From positions 60,001 through 92,000 of the forward strand of contig NZ_NVQC01000028.1 of the NCBI RefSeq assembly GCF_003044035.1: a DNA stretch of 32,000 bases. Direction: 5' to 3'. The DNA comes from Candidatus Methylomirabilis limnetica. GTDB taxonomy: Bacteria; Methylomirabilota; Methylomirabilia; Methylomirabilales; Methylomirabilaceae. This document shows, one piece after another, positions 9,096 through 17,478 of the stretch; position 1 is the stretch's first letter; the number at the start of each line of letters is the position of its first letter. The notes beneath the pieces were generated by a model. The model searched no databases. It saw nothing but the letters and a program-made list of their open reading frames with translations, and had not been told where the DNA came from. The translations under genes and the position numbers were made by a program.

Positions 9096-9188
9096 CTAGG
9101 CCATGAACGAAAGTACCATAGCAACCGTCACGAAGAGCAACAAACCACCAGCCGCAATCCACAGCAATATTGTATCGCCACCATCCAT
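9096..9188 (-). CDS. Small hydrophobic peptide, 30 aa (MDGGDTILLWIAAGGLLLFVTVAMVLSFMA), downstream copy of a tandem pair
   Basis: Hand translation of the minus strand. ATG at 9188, SD AAGGGGGA (9194-9201) with a 5-nt spacer, TAG stop. One predicted TM helix. Paralogous to 9205-9294. Confidence 0.45.
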   Translation of the reverse strand: MDGGDTILLWIAAGGLLLFVTVAMVLSFMA

Positions 9189-9204
9189 TGAAGTCCCCCT
9201 TAGT

Positions 9205-9294
9205 TTAGATAAACGAAATCACCATAGCAACCGTCACGAAGGTCAACAAGCCACCAGCCGCAAGCCACAACAGTATCGTATCACCTCGATCCAC
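9205..9294 (-). CDS. Small hydrophobic peptide, 29 aa ((V/M)DRGDTILLWLAAGGLLTFVTVAMVISFI), upstream copy of a tandem pair
   Basis: GTG at 9294, SD AAAGGGGG (9300-9307) with a 5-nt spacer. The TAA stop lies 3 nt before the SD of the next copy. Differences between copies are mostly synonymous or conservative. Confidence 0.45.
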   Translation of the reverse strand: MDRGDTILLWLAAGGLLTFVTVAMVISFI

Positions 9295-9368
9295 TGAAGC
9301 CCCCTTTATTTTACTGGTTAGTGATTACCCCGGTCATTCCACAACATCCACCGCCAGATGTGTTTCGG

Positions 9369-9397
9369 ATTGTATCCTACAGAGGTCAACCTTGCAA
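9369..9397 (-). promoter_or_regulatory. Candidate sigma70-type promoter (TTGCAA-17 nt-TACAAT) driving the mini-ORF pair
   Basis: Minus-strand read: TTGCAA (9392-9397), 17-nt spacer, TACAAT (9369-9374). About 68 nt upstream of GTG 9294. Confidence 0.4.
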
Positions 9398-10074
9398 CTA
9401 TCTATGAAGAACCGGTCTCGTAACGAGTATAGCAACGACGGAGCCACCCTACCAGCGTAGTATAACATCCCGCAGTTCAGAAACCTAACGAAAGCTTTGC
9501 CGCATCGGCCCACACCATTCTTCCCGGAACCCGTAAGGACGGCAGCTCGCAACCCCGCTTTTTTTGCTGCCATGAGCCTTTGTTCCATGCAGATCAATCT
9601 TAGGTAGATCTTCTCTGTGTGCCTGATTGGAGCCGACGGCCAACGCCAACGTAGAAGTCGATATGTCCTTCGATTAAGAGCAGTCCGGAACTCTACTCTC
9701 TGACATGCAAACTTCGTGAAGAAAGTTAACTGAGGTAGAACCTATTGTCAAGACAAAAATGCAGTATCTGGACAGGGCGATGTGACGTCCCATCCACGCT
9801 CTCTCGTTCGCCTAACAAGGGCTCTCTGGCGTGGTTGACGAACGCCTCAAAGACCGCGCCAGGGAAGGGGGGTTCCTCGCACCTTTTGGGGTGGTTTACT
9901 GGCCCGAGCAGGCGCACCGGGAGCAATGGAAAGAAGGAATCCCCTGAGCACCGCTGACTAGAACTCCTCGGAATGGGCATCAGTGAGCCGGCGAGTATGC
10001 CAATGTCAATATAGGGATCGCTCGTACCACTCGCCGCAGAAAACGGGTACTATTTTAGAGTGGTTACTCACCCA

Positions 10075-10103
10075 TTGACACGATACCCGGAGAGAGTTAT
10101 ATC
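10075..10103 (+). promoter_or_regulatory. Candidate sigma70-type promoter (TTGACA-17 nt-TATATC) for the usp gene
   Basis: TTGACA at 10075-10080, 17-nt spacer, TATATC at 10098-10103. The implied transcription start is downstream of the ORF-track start at 10104, which supports ATG 10224. Confidence 0.4.
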
Positions 10104-10223
10104 TTGAACATGCCCCAAGATGCTCAGCGTAAGAGGCGCACCAGGGGTCGTCTGGACGGTCTCCACAATGTCAGCGTAGCGGATAGCAACATAACCCTGC
10201 TTGACGCGAGGAGGTATCGTGCC

Positions 10224-10694
10224 ATGTTGCCAAAATATCAGAAACTGCTGGTGACTACAGATCTCTCACCCCTCGGAAACACCGCAGTCCTCCATGCCTA
10301 TGCTATCCTGGCAGAGCGTGGCGGCACTGTCATCCTTTGGTGTGCGGTTGACGTGTCAGGGATTCCGGACCCGCTCTACGCTCAGCCCACGCCTGGGGAG
10401 ACGCTCGCTGAGGAGCGGACGGAGATCCGGGAAAAGCTGTTCTCCTCACTGGAAGCACTTGTGCCTGAGGAGGTTCGTGCAGAGGGAAAGGTGACCACGA
10501 AGATACGGGTAGTGGAGGTCTCCGGACCGATCCATGATACGATATGCCAAGAGGCTGCAGCTCAGGAGGTGGACCTCATCGTGATGGCATCCCATGGCTA
10601 TTCCGGGATGAAGCACCTGCTCCTGGGCTCAGTGGCAGAGCATGTGGTGCGGTCAGCCGATCGCCCCGTTCTCATTATCCGCGGCCGAGAGTGA
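10224..10694 (+). CDS. Universal stress protein (UspA family)
   Basis: KLLVTTDLS at the N-terminus and the C-terminal ATP-binding-type motif DLIVMASHGYSGMKHLLLGSVAEHVVRSADRPVLIIR. ATG 10224 is preceded by GAGGAGG at 10208-10214 (9-nt spacer to the ATG). Confidence 0.85.
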   Translation: MLPKYQKLLVTTDLSPLGNTAVLHAYAILAERGGTVILWCAVDVSGIPDPLYAQPTPGETLAEERTEIREKLFSSLEALVPEEVRAEGKVTTKIRVVEVSGPIHDTICQEAAAQEVDLIVMASHGYSGMKHLLLGSVAEHVVRSADRPVLIIRGRE

Positions 10695-10721
10695 GGACTC
10701 TCACCGCTCACTTCGCTCGTC

Positions 10722-11096
10722 ATGGCGCGACGGTGGATGATGGACTGCGAATTGCTGACGCCGAAGATTGAGTCGCTGGACAAATCAGATATGGATACTC
10801 GTGGGGCGCAAGAGCCATTCGAGGAACCGGTGATCCTACCCACCGAGGATATCCTCGATCTGCACGCCTTCGCGCCCAAGGAGATCCCGTCGGTAGTCGA
10901 GGAGTACATCGAACAGTGCAGGGAGGCGAAGATGTCAGAAGTTCGGCTGATCTATGGGAAAGGGACGGGGACGCAGCGGGCGATTGTCCAGCGCCTGATG
11001 GCGAGCCACCCAGGCGTCATCTCCTTCACCGACGCCCCACCCGAGGCGGGGGGATGGGGAGCAACGATCGTCCGGTTGAGACCATCGGAAATCTAG
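10722..11096 (+). CDS. Smr-domain protein (stand-alone small MutS-related nuclease domain)
   Basis: ILDLHAF...VEEYI...VRLIYGKGTGTQRAIV...GGWGATIV matches the Smr pattern LDLHG / IHGKGTG. The N-terminal ~45 aa show no recognisable motif. Confidence 0.75.
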   Translation: MARRWMMDCELLTPKIESLDKSDMDTRGAQEPFEEPVILPTEDILDLHAFAPKEIPSVVEEYIEQCREAKMSEVRLIYGKGTGTQRAIVQRLMASHPGVISFTDAPPEAGGWGATIVRLRPSEI

Positions 11097-11800
11097 CGGA
11101 GGCCCTGGCAGAAGCGCACAAAGAAGGTCTGGGCCAGTCGGTTGAGCGTATCAATCCGGACCGGAAGCTGATCAAGGATCGCATCAGGCCGGATATAGTC
11201 CTTGACCCAGTCAAGCTCCTGCGTGAAAGTCCTGACCCAGTCAGAGACCATCGATGCCGTCACCTCGAGGTGAAACAGTAGGCCATAGACATTCCGGCCA
11301 ATCGAGAAGGCCTGACACTCATAGAGTGCCGAACCGGCCAGGTTGACTGCCCTGGACGGCGCATCGAAATACTCGCCGTGCCACTCGAACACCTCAATCG
11401 ACTCGGGGAACCCGCCGAACAGCCGATCGTGCTGCGCCGCCGTGGTGAGCCGGACCGGGTACCAGCCGATCTCCTTGCGCGGCCCCTGCCGGATCGCCCC
11501 GCCGGCCGCCTTTGCGATAAGCTGCGAGCCGAGACAGATGCCCAATGTGGGAACATCGAGCGCCAGCGCCTCTTTCAGGAGTCGATCCTCCGTCCTCAAC
11601 CAGGGGTAATCAGCTTCGTCGTTGACACTCATCGGCCCGCCCATGACCAGGAGCCCGGAATACGGTGACAAGCCTTCCGGTACCCGATCGCCCTCATACA
11701 GCCTTACCGTCTCCACTGGGCGATTCTGCTTCTCAAGCAGGTCAAGGAAGATGCCCGGGGTCTCGCATCCGACGTGCTGGAGGACCAAGAGTGGTTTCAT
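11093..11800 (-). CDS. Class I glutamine amidotransferase-like protein
   Basis: GATase1 fold motifs: LVMGGPMS, nucleophile elbow GICLGSQL, and the His-Glu pair in FHLE. Its stop shares the CTAG at 11093-11096 with the convergent Smr gene. Confidence 0.8.
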   Translation of the reverse strand: MKPLLVLQHVGCETPGIFLDLLEKQNRPVETVRLYEGDRVPEGLSPYSGLLVMGGPMSVNDEADYPWLRTEDRLLKEALALDVPTLGICLGSQLIAKAAGGAIRQGPRKEIGWYPVRLTTAAQHDRLFGGFPESIEVFEWHGEYFDAPSRAVNLAGSALYECQAFSIGRNVYGLLFHLEVTASMVSDWVRTFTQELDWVKDYIRPDAILDQLPVRIDTLNRLAQTFFVRFCQGLR

Positions 11801-11889
11801 CGCAACGGCAGGTAGGGCTTAACGCTTCGGCTTCAAGCTCTTTAACGGTGGTGGGCATGCACCGCTCTCCATGCCTTTGTTGGGCGCAC

Positions 11890-12324
11890 CTAGGTCCGCC
11901 ATGGGTGCTCCGGAAGATCGGAAAGCCCAACGATCTCAACCCCCGCCTTTGCAACAAGATGATCGTTCTCAACCGAACTGCCGCTCACTCCAATCGCTCC
12001 GATAAGAATGCCTTCTGTATTCACAATGGGAAGCCCTCCAGGAAATGTAATTAATCCTTCATTGGAGTGCTCAATCCCAAACAGCGGACCAGCGGGCTGA
12101 GAGAGCTTGCCGATCTGGCCCGTGGGCATCCCGAAGAAACAGGCAGTCTTAGCCTTCTTGATAGCAATGTCGATACTTCCCACCCAAGCATCATTCATCC
12201 GAGCAAAAGCTTTTAAATTAGCCCCGGAGTCCACCACTGCGATACACATCTGGGTGCCGACTTCCTCAGCTTTTTTTATGGCAGCCTCAACGGCTTGCTG
12301 CGCTTCTTCAAATGTCACATGCAT
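11890..12324 (-). CDS. GlcG/HbpS-like (DUF336) haem-binding protein
   Basis: [29 protein letters not shown] and GGLPI...[14 protein letters not shown] are typical of DUF336. SD AAGGAGAAG lies upstream. Confidence 0.8.
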   Translation of the reverse strand: MHVTFEEAQQAVEAAIKKAEEVGTQMCIAVVDSGANLKAFARMNDAWVGSIDIAIKKAKTACFFGMPTGQIGKLSQPAGPLFGIEHSNEGLITFPGGLPIVNTEGILIGAIGVSGSSVENDHLVAKAGVEIVGLSDLPEHPWRT

Positions 12325-12424
12325 TGTCTTCTCCTTCTGTTAGGGCCTCATAAAAGGCGAGGCGTCCATGGTCTTGCTCAAAACTACAACTCCCCCCGTC
12401 TATTGCATGCAGCTTGGGTCATCC

Positions 12425-13345
12425 TCAGAACCAGCCTCGGTACTTGAAATATACTCCCATCGCCACTCCAACGGTAATCATCGCCAGTAACGCATACATC
12501 CAGCCAAGTGAGCTTTCGAGCCATGGCAGGTTGGGAAAATTCATTCCAAAAAAGCCGGTAATGAGCAGGAAAGGAATGGCCACGGTGGCCCAGAAGGTCA
12601 GGCTCTTCATGATTTCATTGGTGCGATTGGCGGTGGCGGAAAGGTGGACGTCAAGCACGCCGGTGAGGATGTCGCGATAGGTTTCAGCAAAATCGAGAGC
12701 GCGGACGATGTGGTCGTAGATGTTACGGAAATATGGCTGTTGCGAACGGAACCATGGTTCGGCGCGGTAGAGAAGATGATTGATCGCCTCGCGCCCAGCC
12801 AGGGCCACGCGGCGAAAATCAATCAACGCGCGGCGGAGCGCAAAGATATCTGCCAGCAGCCGGGGCGTGGGATTATCGAGGATCTGCTCCTCGATTTGCT
12901 CGATGCGGTCCTCCACGGTGTCGAGCACGGGCAGATACTGGTCGGCCATGAAGTCGAGCATGTGCTGAAGCAGGCGGCCCGGATGGGCCATCGTGGGGTC
13001 GGAGCGAAATGTCGGAAGCACGGCCGCCACGGTGCGGCTGGGCGTGGGGCCTTCGCGGACGCTCACCAAAAAATCTTTGCCGACAAAGAAATTGATCTCG
13101 CCAAACCAGCACTCCTGTTTCTCCGGGTTAAAGTGGATGGAGTTGAAAATAAGGAACAGGTGGCCATCATACTCTTCGAGCTTGGCGCGCTGGCGATAAT
13201 TACGGCAGTCCTCGATGGCCAACTCGTGCAGGCCAAGCTGAGCGGCCAGCTCGTCGAGCGCAGGGCCCTTGGGATCGTCCACGTGATACCAGCAAAAGCC
13301 ATTGCGCTCCCCGATCAGGCATGCGGCAGCAGCAGGGCCGATCAT
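12425..13345 (-). CDS. corA: CorA-family magnesium/cobalt transporter
   Basis: Signature GMN motif (FFGMNFPNLPW) between two C-terminal TM helices, with a long acidic cytoplasmic N-domain. Confidence 0.9.
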   Translation of the reverse strand: MIGPAAAACLIGERNGFCWYHVDDPKGPALDELAAQLGLHELAIEDCRNYRQRAKLEEYDGHLFLIFNSIHFNPEKQECWFGEINFFVGKDFLVSVREGPTPSRTVAAVLPTFRSDPTMAHPGRLLQHMLDFMADQYLPVLDTVEDRIEQIEEQILDNPTPRLLADIFALRRALIDFRRVALAGREAINHLLYRAEPWFRSQQPYFRNIYDHIVRALDFAETYRDILTGVLDVHLSATANRTNEIMKSLTFWATVAIPFLLITGFFGMNFPNLPWLESSLGWMYALLAMITVGVAMGVYFKYRGWF

Positions 13346-13490
13346 CTTTGTACCGTAAGTCCCTTGTTATTCATATCAAGAGATTGTTGGCCTGTTCGCC
13401 GGCTTCTTGAAGCATGGGTGTGAGGCTTGGCGGGGGACTTGCGCCAAGTAAGATCGGAGGAAGAGAGGGAATGAGTTAGGCCGAACGACC

Positions 13491-14990
13491 CTAGGCCTCA
13501 CAACGACCTGACAACAGATAGGCGACGACGTCTGCGGCAGTGTAGCTCGTCCGGCCGCCCAGGAAGCCACCGATAGTCGCGAGGTCGTCGCCGCTGGTAA
13601 CGATCGGCGGCTCCTCGGTGCCGTTGGGATTGATCTGCGGGTGGCCGATGACGGAGAGCAGCGCGTTGCACAGGCACTGGCGGTCGATCGTGTCCTCCAG
13701 CTTGCCACCCTTTTTCACGTAGGCGGCCTCAGGCTCACTGGGACACCGATAGTCCACTTTTCCATCCGCCGTCATGAAGGCGACGCGCAGGTACCCCATA
13801 TCGCAGATCCGCTCGCGCGTTGCGCCCACGGCGGGATTCTCGGCCCATTCCACGACCTTGATTGGAAAGCCGGTGGGCGATACGCGGGGCTTCGTGCGAA
13901 CGTCTACCTCGCCGCGGGCCGCATGGGCTAGCACCGAACGCTTGATCGGCTCTGCTAGTCCCGATTCGTCGCAGAAGGCGAAGAGCGTCCCGACCTGGAC
14001 TCCGGCGGCTCCATCCTTACGCGCCTCAATCAGGCGCTCGGGGTGTCCGGTCCCGCCCGCCACCCAAAACGGCAGCCCCAGCTCCTTGATCTTCGCGAGG
14101 TCCACCTTGTCGTTTTCGCTGTAGATCGGCTCGCCGCGCTCGTTGAATCGTGGCTCACCGCGGGGCGGGGCGTTGTGGCCACCGGCGGTGGGGCCCTCGA
14201 TCACGAATCCATCCACCTGGCCGGTCGCCTTACGGGCGAGCATCTTCGCCAGGGAGTTGCTCGCCACGATCGGGAGGAACTTCGGCCGCGCAAGCGGTGC
14301 CGGCGGCGTCTCCCAATGGATGCCGGGGTCAAACTCGAGGTATTCGACGGCGCCGGAGGGTAGTCCCTCCACGTCGAATCGGAGCCGGGCCGGCTGGTGC
14401 CCAGCGAGCAAGTCGAGCACCCCTCCGATCTCTCGCGGGATCCCGGCGCCCATCAGAACGTAGTCGACCCCGGCGAGCATTGCGCCGTAGAGCGTCGGCA
14501 GTGCGAGCATCTGAACTTTGGTGAGCAGGTTGATGCCGACCGGCGCATCGTGTCCCTCCTTGGCGAGGAACACTTCGACGAATGTGGCCAACATGGTGAG
14601 CTCCTGCCGAGCGGGAGAGACCACCTGGCGGTACATGGGGAGCATCGTGTACGGCTCGCCCGGCGCCCGACCCTCGGGCCGATAGTAGCGGCGTATGGCC
14701 TCGTCCGCGGCGCGACGGATCGGGAACTGCTCGATCCCGCGGCGCATGTGGCCGCCGCGATCGCCATCCTGCAGGCGACGTACGAACACCGTATCGATGC
14801 CGGTGCCGGAGACGACACCCATCTGGCCAGTTCGTGCCACGGCGTTGGCCAGCCGCCAGTTGGAGACAGCGGCACCCATACCGCCTTGAATGATCAGGGG
14901 AAGCGTTGAGCGCTCTTTGATGGAAGAAGCATGGCACCGATGATCCGCTCCCGCGCCTTCCCCGGGTGCGCTCGATAAGGGCTTCTTCAT
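13491..14990 (-). CDS. Nitronate monooxygenase (NMO/FabK-like) family flavin oxidoreductase
   Basis: PLIIQGGMGAAVS, LMGAGIP and FVIEGPTAGGH are TIM-barrel FMN oxidoreductase motifs. The start is taken as ATG 14990 (MKKPL...). The ORF-track start at 15152 adds an implausible Arg/Cys-rich leader. Start uncertain. Confidence 0.75.
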   Translation of the reverse strand: MKKPLSSAPGEGAGADHRCHASSIKERSTLPLIIQGGMGAAVSNWRLANAVARTGQMGVVSGTGIDTVFVRRLQDGDRGGHMRRGIEQFPIRRAADEAIRRYYRPEGRAPGEPYTMLPMYRQVVSPARQELTMLATFVEVFLAKEGHDAPVGINLLTKVQMLALPTLYGAMLAGVDYVLMGAGIPREIGGVLDLLAGHQPARLRFDVEGLPSGAVEYLEFDPGIHWETPPAPLARPKFLPIVASNSLAKMLARKATGQVDGFVIEGPTAGGHNAPPRGEPRFNERGEPIYSENDKVDLAKIKELGLPFWVAGGTGHPERLIEARKDGAAGVQVGTLFAFCDESGLAEPIKRSVLAHAARGEVDVRTKPRVSPTGFPIKVVEWAENPAVGATRERICDMGYLRVAFMTADGKVDYRCPSEPEAAYVKKGGKLEDTIDRQCLCNALLSVIGHPQINPNGTEEPPIVTSGDDLATIGGFLGGRTSYTAADVVAYLLSGRCEA

Positions 14991-15369
14991 GCTGCCACGC
15001 GACCGGTTGCACAACCACGCGAGAGCGAGTGGTGGGGCTCGGCTCGATCCGCATCGCAGGCCCGGCATGCTGTAGTGAGTCGTGCGCGATTTGAGCCGGC
15101 CACCAGCCCGCTCCGCGCACCACCGCCTGCTATTGCCGAGCACCCTTCCCAAATATGAGATCGTTGATTGTGGCGCATTCTAGGGGGTCACTGTTTTATA
15201 CATCTTGCGCAAAAATCTGCTTAGGGACGTTTTCTACAGCCTCAATCGTGATAGGGAAGAGCCTCGCGGCCCCGCTCCTCCCACACCACCTTACATACGG
15301 ATCACGTATGTGTGTCACTGGTCACAAGGAAATGTACCACAAATGGTCATGAAAAGTGTATCAGAGTTG

Positions 15370-16120
15370 AAATAGGTACGGGCACTATTTCGTAAGACCC
15401 TTTCTTGGTCTTCCTCTATGCGAAACGCTTATAACTCGCCCCAGTTTCCTGCTCAATTCCCCGATGAACCCATCCCTCCCCAGTGGTCGCCCTGTCATAG
15501 TGTGCCTTCGAATCGTTTCCACGTCTGGGGCATTATCGTCCAAATCGATGTGTTCTCTCCATGACTCCATGGAAACGCCCACTGATTCCTTTATCTCAAT
15601 GACATCGACCATCTCACTCGTTCCACCGATGTGAGCGGCCGCACTGGACCATTTCCATTGCCAAGGCCTGTTGACCATCCTGGCCCGCACCGGATTCCTC
15701 TCAACATATCGCATTGCCGCCATAAGATACGGCTCATCAAGCAGACAGGAATAAAAGCGTCCCTGCCACAAGTGCCCGGAGGCCTTTCTCTCTTTGTTGA
15801 AATACTGAGCATACCGCATATGGGCCACGCTGAACACTTTAGCCAACGATGCCTCTTCCTGCGGTTGGACAATGAAATGAACGTGATTGTCCATTAAGCA
15901 ATAGGCCCATATCGACAGGTGAAATTTGCGGCTGTATTCATTAACCCAGGATAAGTATCGAGAACGATCTTCGTCGTTACGAAAGACCGCCTGGCGATAA
16001 TTCCCTCTTTGCGTAATATGGTAAGGGTGGCCGGGTGCAACGATTCGAGCAATCCGTGGCATGCAAGATCATTAGAGCAAACACCCTAAATTGTCAAATA
16101 AATAGTGTCTGTCCCTATTT
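15370..16120 (-). mobile_element. RAYT/IS200-like unit: Y1 transposase gene bounded by inverted 21-nt hairpin motifs
   Basis: AAATAGGTACGGGCACTATTT (15370-15390) matches the reverse complement of AAATAGTGTCTGTCCCTATTT (16100-16120) at 18 of 21 positions. Each copy is itself AAATAG-N9-CTATTT. The surrounding DNA is AT-richer. Confidence 0.55.
15385..16062 (-). CDS. REP-associated tyrosine transposase (Y1/HUH, IS200-like)
   Basis: N-terminus PYHITQRGN, HUH motif in DNHVHFIV, catalytic Tyr region AMRYVERNPVRA. Confidence 0.85.
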   Translation of the reverse strand: MPRIARIVAPGHPYHITQRGNYRQAVFRNDEDRSRYLSWVNEYSRKFHLSIWAYCLMDNHVHFIVQPQEEASLAKVFSVAHMRYAQYFNKERKASGHLWQGRFYSCLLDEPYLMAAMRYVERNPVRARMVNRPWQWKWSSAAAHIGGTSEMVDVIEIKESVGVSMESWREHIDLDDNAPDVETIRRHTMTGRPLGRDGFIGELSRKLGRVISVSHRGRPRKGLTK

Positions 16121-16160
16121 AATCTGCTAGGATGAGCGAAACAGGAAGCGAGGAGGCTTT

Positions 16161-17360
16161 ATGAAGAGAACAGGCGGCGCGAGCGCGCGACCACCGGCGA
16201 GGGGCGCTCTCATCCATTATCACGAGATCGCCCTCAAGGGGAAAAATCGGAGCTTCTTCCTGAAGCAGCTTGAGGCCAATATCCTGCTGGCCACGCGTGA
16301 TCTCGACTGCGGTCCACTCAAGCGACTAGCCGGTCGGCTGTTCCTGGAGATGCGCGAGGAGACCTCGTGGGAGGTCCTGCGACAGCGGCTGAGCCGTGTC
16401 TTCGGGATTGCGAATTTCGCCCCTGCCGTCATGATGGCGCCTGATCTGGAGTTACTCGCGCAGCGGATCGAAGAGGAGGTCTCCAGCCGTTCATTTCACA
16501 GCTTTCGCGTGGCGGCCCGTCGCGCCTTCAAGACCTTTCCGCAGACCTCCCAGGAGATCAACGAGATAATCGGGGCCAGGGTGCAGCGCATCTGTGGCGC
16601 CCGCGTCGATCTCACCAATCCGGAGCTGACGATATACATCGAGATACTCCCTGCAGAGGCCTTTGTCTACTTCGATAAACTGTTGGGCCCGGGGGGCCTC
16701 CCGGTGGGGACCAGCGGGACGGTCGCGTGTCTGCTGTCAGGCGGGATCGATTCTCCGGTTGCGGCCTACCGGATGATGAAGCGTGGGTGCCGTGTCGTCT
16801 TCGTCCACTTCCATAGCCAGCCGTTCGCTGACCGAACCTCACAAGAAAAAGCGATCGAACTGGCGCGACTCCTCACCCGGTACCAGTTTGCTTCTCGCCT
16901 CTACCTGGCGCCCTTCGGCGAGCTCCAGCAGGAGGTCGTCTCCCACGTCACCGGACGCATGAGGATCGTTGTGTATCGACGGCTGATGCTGCGAATCGCC
17001 GAACAGATCGCCCGCAAGGAAGGCGCCCAGGCTCTGGTGACCGGCGAGAGTCTCGGTCAGGTGGCGTCACAAACCATTGAAAACATCGCCACCATCGAGC
17101 AGGCATCCACCTTACCGATTCTACGGCCCTTGATCGGTATGGACAAGGACGAGATCACGCAGCAGGCACAGCAGATTGGCAGCTACGAGGTCTCCATCAT
17201 TCCCGACCAGGACTGCTGTTCGATGTTTCTGCCAAGGCAGGTGGCGACGCACACGACTCACCGCGAGGCCGAACTCGCCGAGCGCCCCCTTGACCTTGAG
17301 CGACTCGTGGCGCAGGCTCACTCTGCCGCGTACTCCCTTGAGCTGTCGTTTCCTGGTTGA
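16161..17360 (+). CDS. thiI: tRNA 4-thiouridine(8) synthase ThiI
   Basis: THUMP-type N-domain (YHEIALKGKNR) and PP-loop LLSGGIDSPVAAY. SD GAGGAGG lies before the ATG. Confidence 0.9.
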   Translation: MKRTGGASARPPARGALIHYHEIALKGKNRSFFLKQLEANILLATRDLDCGPLKRLAGRLFLEMREETSWEVLRQRLSRVFGIANFAPAVMMAPDLELLAQRIEEEVSSRSFHSFRVAARRAFKTFPQTSQEINEIIGARVQRICGARVDLTNPELTIYIEILPAEAFVYFDKLLGPGGLPVGTSGTVACLLSGGIDSPVAAYRMMKRGCRVVFVHFHSQPFADRTSQEKAIELARLLTRYQFASRLYLAPFGELQQEVVSHVTGRMRIVVYRRLMLRIAEQIARKEGAQALVTGESLGQVASQTIENIATIEQASTLPILRPLIGMDKDEITQQAQQIGSYEVSIIPDQDCCSMFLPRQVATHTTHREAELAERPLDLERLVAQAHSAAYSLELSFPG

Positions 17361-17467
17361 GCAGCGATTCGGCTTTCAGCAATCAGCGGTCAGCGCCTTC
17401 GCTTCCAGAATTGTGGATCGCCTTTCACGGCCCATCATTTTGCTGAAAGCTGATGGTTGATCGCGCA
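17361..17467. repeat. Inverted heptamer-repeat element (NTCAGCN x3 / NNGCTGA x3) between convergent thiI and cytochrome c
   Basis: Left arm: TTCAGCA ATCAGCG GTCAGCG (17375-17395). Right arm: TTGCTGA AAGCTGA TGGTTGA (17440-17460). GCTTTCAGCAA pairs with TTGCTGAAAGC. It shares the 13-mer GCTGAAAGCTGAT with 21863-21875. Confidence 0.7.
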
Positions 17468-17478
17468 AGGGCTGTACT

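Noticed and set aside
9096-9300. The tandem 106-bp duplication, and the heptamer arrays elsewhere, as possible CRISPR arrays.
   Set aside because: There are only two units with no unique spacers, and the units carry SD-start-stop signals. The heptamer arrays have no spacers at all. No cas genes are in the window.
10104-10223. Extended N-termini offered by the ORF track: usp from 10104, mrdA from 893, rodA from 2736, NMO from 15152, manC from 21481, purU from 27655, cytochrome c from 17895.
   Set aside because: The extensions overlap upstream genes or promoters, are Arg-rich and motif-free, and internal starts have much better SD or overlap-coupling contexts and match family N-termini.
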